Source: Gemmatimonadales bacterium | Lineage (GTDB): Bacteria; Gemmatimonadota; Gemmatimonadetes; Gemmatimonadales; GWC2-71-9 | DNA: 64,000 bases | Direction of reading: 5' to 3' | NCBI GenBank assembly: GCA_040877595.1 | Contig: JBBDNM010000063.1 | Span: forward strand, 6,735-70,734 | Shown: in pieces, positions 61,418 to 64,000 of the stretch | Position numbering within the stretch: position 1 is the first letter of the stretch | Layout of the letters: every line of letters begins with the position of its first letter | Notes under the pieces: model-generated | Databases searched by the model: none | Seen by the model: only the letters and a program-made list of their open reading frames with translations | Told to the model about the DNA's origin: nothing | Translations under genes and position numbers: made by a program

Positions 61418-62407
61418 ATGGCGACCGATACCGCCCCGCAGTCGCTGGCCGCGATTCACCGGCCCGTGCGCGCCGAACTCGACGCCACGGTCGAGGAGCT
61501 CGGCCGGATCGTGCGCAATGACTTCCCCCTGATCGGCGGCGTCAACGCCCACCTGTTGCGCCTGCGTGGCAAGCTGTTCCGCCCGGCGTTGCTGCTGCTG
61601 GCGGCGCGTGCCACCGGCACCATGGACCAGCGCAAGGTGCGGTTGGCGGCGGTGGTCGAGCTCATCCACCTCGCCACCCTCGTGCATGACGACAGCGTGG
61701 ACCATTCCGTGCTGCGTCGGGGCCAGCCCACGGTCAACGCGCTGTTCAGCCATCAGGTGGCGGTCATCATGGGCGATTACCTCTACTCCCGCGCCATCCA
61801 GCAGTTGGTCGAACTCCAGGAGTGGGAGCCCATGCAGGTGATGTCCCGGGTCACCAATGAGATGACCGTGGGCGAGATGCGGCAGCTTGAGGCGCATGAC
61901 CGCCTTGCGTACGGTCTGGAGTCGTACGAACGCCTCATCCGGGCCAAGACCGCCTCGCTGGTGTCGGCGGCGTGCGAACTGGGTGGGATTGATGCGGGGG
62001 CATCGCTGCGCGCGACCCTGCTCCGGTTCGGCCACGGCCTCGGGATGGCGTTCCAGATCACCGATGACGTGCTGGACTACACCGAGACCGAGGACGTCAC
62101 GGGCAAGCCGTCCGGGCATGATCTCAAGGAACACAAGATCACGCTGCCGCTGATCGCGGCCCTGCCTGAACTGGACGCGGCGGAGCGGGCCACCGTGGAT
62201 GCCCTGATGGACGATGCGGATCCTTCCGACGAGCGCGTGGCCGAGGTGATCGCCATCGTGCAGGCGCGTGGCGGCGTGGAATCGGCTCGGGAACGGGCCC
62301 AGGGATTTGCCCGCGCAGCCGAGCGCGAACTTGAGGCCCTGTCCGAAGGCGAGGCGCGCGACGCGTTACTGGCGGCCTTGGCGTATGCCGTGGAACGGCG
62401 GCACTAG
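61418..62407 (+). CDS. ispB: polyprenyl diphosphate synthase (IspB-like, long-chain trans-prenyltransferase)
   Basis: The first Asp-rich motif is LVHDDSVDHSVLRRG and the second is FQITDDVLDY. GKPSGHDLKEHKITLPLI is also present. Confidence 0.88.
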   Translation: MATDTAPQSLAAIHRPVRAELDATVEELGRIVRNDFPLIGGVNAHLLRLRGKLFRPALLLLAARATGTMDQRKVRLAAVVELIHLATLVHDDSVDHSVLRRGQPTVNALFSHQVAVIMGDYLYSRAIQQLVELQEWEPMQVMSRVTNEMTVGEMRQLEAHDRLAYGLESYERLIRAKTASLVSAACELGGIDAGASLRATLLRFGHGLGMAFQITDDVLDYTETEDVTGKPSGHDLKEHKITLPLIAALPELDAAERATVDALMDDADPSDERVAEVIAIVQARGGVESARERAQGFARAAERELEALSEGEARDALLAALAYAVERRH

Positions 62408-62679
62408 TGGCGATCGGCCCGCGGCGACCCGCGTTCTACCTCGGCGTGCTGACCGTCGGGTTTGTGCTGGGTGGGTTTCTGTCCGAGTTGCTCAAGCGGT
62501 TCCTGCCGGCCGGGCCCGCGAAGGAGTTCTTCACGTGGACGGTGACCCCGTCCATTGGGCCCTTCCACCTTGACCTGCTTATCTTGCAGATGACCCTGGG
62601 TCCGATCGGGCTCCAAGTCTCGTTGCTCGCGATCGTGGGCGTGATGCTGGCCTACCTGATCGCGCGCAGCCTCTTCTAG
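62407..62679 (+). CDS. small integral membrane protein (DUF4321-like)
   Basis: The 90-aa product has two hydrophobic segments (YLGVLTVGFVLGGFLSELL and VSLLAIVGVMLAYLIA). The GTG overlaps the ispB TAG. The family assignment is from memory only. Confidence 0.45.
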   Translation: MAIGPRRPAFYLGVLTVGFVLGGFLSELLKRFLPAGPAKEFFTWTVTPSIGPFHLDLLILQMTLGPIGLQVSLLAIVGVMLAYLIARSLF

Positions 62680-62689
62680 CGAGGGCGCC

Positions 62690-62938
62690 ATGTTCAGTCA
62701 GCTCGGCTTCAGCGAAATCCTCATCATCCTGCTGATCCTGTTGCTTGTGTTCGGGGCGCGCCGGCTGCCCGAGATGGGGGCGGCCATGGGGAAGGGGATC
62801 CGCGAATTCAAGAAGAATATCAAGGATGTCCAGCAGTCCATTGACACGCCGGCCGATGAGGCGAGCACGGGCCGACGCCTGGATGCGCCGGCCCGTGAGG
62901 CCCAGTCTGAGGGCGAGCCGAAGAAGCTCTCGCAGTAA
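62690..62938 (+). CDS. tatA: twin-arginine translocase subunit TatA/E
   Basis: MFSQLGFSEILIILLILLLVFGARRLPEMGAAMGKGIREFKKNIKD is the canonical TatA transmembrane segment plus amphipathic helix. Confidence 0.92.
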   Translation: MFSQLGFSEILIILLILLLVFGARRLPEMGAAMGKGIREFKKNIKDVQQSIDTPADEASTGRRLDAPAREAQSEGEPKKLSQ

Positions 62939-64000
62939 TCAGAACCCGAACGGGTTCCCGGGCATCCCGCCAGCGTCCTCTTGCTCGCGCGCGAGACGCG
63001 CGAGTTCATCGCGATAGTCTTCCACCCGGGCCGCCTGCCGCAACGACGCGAAGACCGCTTGCACGCGGATCTGGCGGGCCTGCTGCAGGGCCTGCGCGCG
63101 CTGCACGTCGAGCTGAGCCCGCCACGCCGTACTGTCCGCCAGCACCTTCCGCGTCACCCGCAGCACATAGAGCGCCGTCTCGGTGACGATCGGGTCACTG
63201 ATCTGTCCGACGCCCAGCCCAAACGCCACACCCACCACGTCCGGCGCGCCCTGGAGCACCGGGGGCGGACTGACGCGGGGGAACGGGCCCACGGTGCTCG
63301 GCACCGCCAGGAGGTCGCCCACCTGGTCCAGCAGGCCACCGGCACCACGAGCCCGGGTTGCGAGGGATGCCGCGGCTTGACGCGTGAGCGTACGCTTCGC
63401 CTCGAGCATCGCCGCCCGACGCACGTCCTCGGTCACGGCGGCGAACGGCGGCACGCCCTCGGTGTGCAGGGTGTCGAGCCGGAACACGTAGTAGGCCGCG
63501 TCAGTCTCGATGACGGGTGACGTCCCGCCCACGATACCGTCCGGTCCGAACGCCCAGACCGACGGATCGCCCAGGTACTCACCATGCAGGTCGAGGCGTT
63601 GGCCCTGGTGGACCGGCGGCGCGACGAGGACGGCCGTCCGCAGGGCTTGCGCCACGCGGTCGAGCGCCGATCCGTCGTCCTGCTCGGCGGCCAGGATGTC
63701 GAGCGAGTCGGCCTGACGCTCGATCAGGTCCAGATGGTCGCCGGTCGGCTCCACCGGGATCAGGATATGGGCTGCGTGAAAGGTCGTGTCCGTGCGGGCG
63801 TCCAGCCGGATGATGTGCCACCCGAACGGTGACCAGACCGGAGCGGACAGTTGCCCGGGACGGAGCGCCAGGGCGGCCGCTTCGAACTCGGCGACAAACA
63901 CGCCGCGGCGCTGTTCTCCGAGGTCACCGCCCTGCGCCCCTGACAGGGAATCGGACGACACGTTGCCCGCCATCTCGGCGAAGTCGGCACCCGCCACCAG
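62939..64000 (-). CDS. PpiD/SurA-like periplasmic chaperone with parvulin-type PPIase domain (N-terminus outside the window)
   Basis: The parvulin core is GGDLGEQRRGVFVAEFEAAALALRPGQLSAPVWSPFGWHIIRL, followed by a long C-terminal chaperone-like region. The reading frame stays open to the window edge. Confidence 0.8.
   Translation of the reverse strand: MVAGADFAEMAGNVSSDSLSGAQGGDLGEQRRGVFVAEFEAAALALRPGQLSAPVWSPFGWHIIRLDARTDTTFHAAHILIPVEPTGDHLDLIERQADSLDILAAEQDDGSALDRVAQALRTAVLVAPPVHQGQRLDLHGEYLGDPSVWAFGPDGIVGGTSPVIETDAAYYVFRLDTLHTEGVPPFAAVTEDVRRAAMLEAKRTLTRQAAASLATRARGAGGLLDQVGDLLAVPSTVGPFPRVSPPPVLQGAPDVVGVAFGLGVGQISDPIVTETALYVLRVTRKVLADSTAWRAQLDVQRAQALQQARQIRVQAVFASLRQAARVEDYRDELARLAREQEDAGGMPGNPFGF

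Overview
The window is a GC-rich, very densely coding chromosomal segment. Almost every gene is on the + strand, and many neighbours overlap by 4 nt (ATGA or GTGA), which suggests translational coupling. BamD, LptD, Tol-Pal and TolB indicate a diderm bacterium. A GC-rich lineage such as Gemmatimonadota is only my guess and cannot be verified here.

Gene content is mostly housekeeping:
- 2-oxoacid dehydrogenase E1beta and E2
- a redox cluster (PHP phosphoesterase, BCP peroxiredoxin, TrxB, MBL hydrolase)
- AspA-like lyase, MoeB-rhodanese, tRNA-Leu(CAG), SmpB, an Ami-type amidase
- PyrD and PyrF
- the ribosomal alpha operon (rpmJ-rpsM-rpsK-rpsD-rpoA-rplQ) and rpmB
- a roughly 13 kb run of nucleotide-sugar precursor genes (gmd, rmd, wbpD/E/B/A, ugd, uxs, an epimerase) with carB and murB embedded
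- BamD, NadD, SecA, RadC, RelA/SpoT, UvrB, TsaE/TsaB/RimI, SSB, a LysM protein
- TolQ-TolR-TolA-TolB-Pal-CpoB
- hutH-hutU-hutI, IspB, TatA and a PpiD-like chaperone

I found no CRISPR array, prophage or defence island.

Observations worth a second look:
1. A single 1175-codon ORF joins a complete TatC, through a signal-peptide-like segment, to a full LptD-like outer-membrane protein.
2. A BCP/PrxQ peroxiredoxin has an in-frame TGA exactly at the peroxidatic Cys codon, with a hairpin just downstream. It is a candidate selenoprotein that the ORF track splits in two.
3. Two copies of a heptad-periodic inverted-repeat element, (CGAATGN)n ... (CATTCGN)n, sit directly after stop codons. A third heptamer tandem repeat, (GTGCAAC)4, is also present.
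4. A catalytically degenerate IS200-type transposase homolog is wedged antisense between the E1beta and E2 genes.

All functional calls rest on motif and family recognition by eye. No searches or computations were run.
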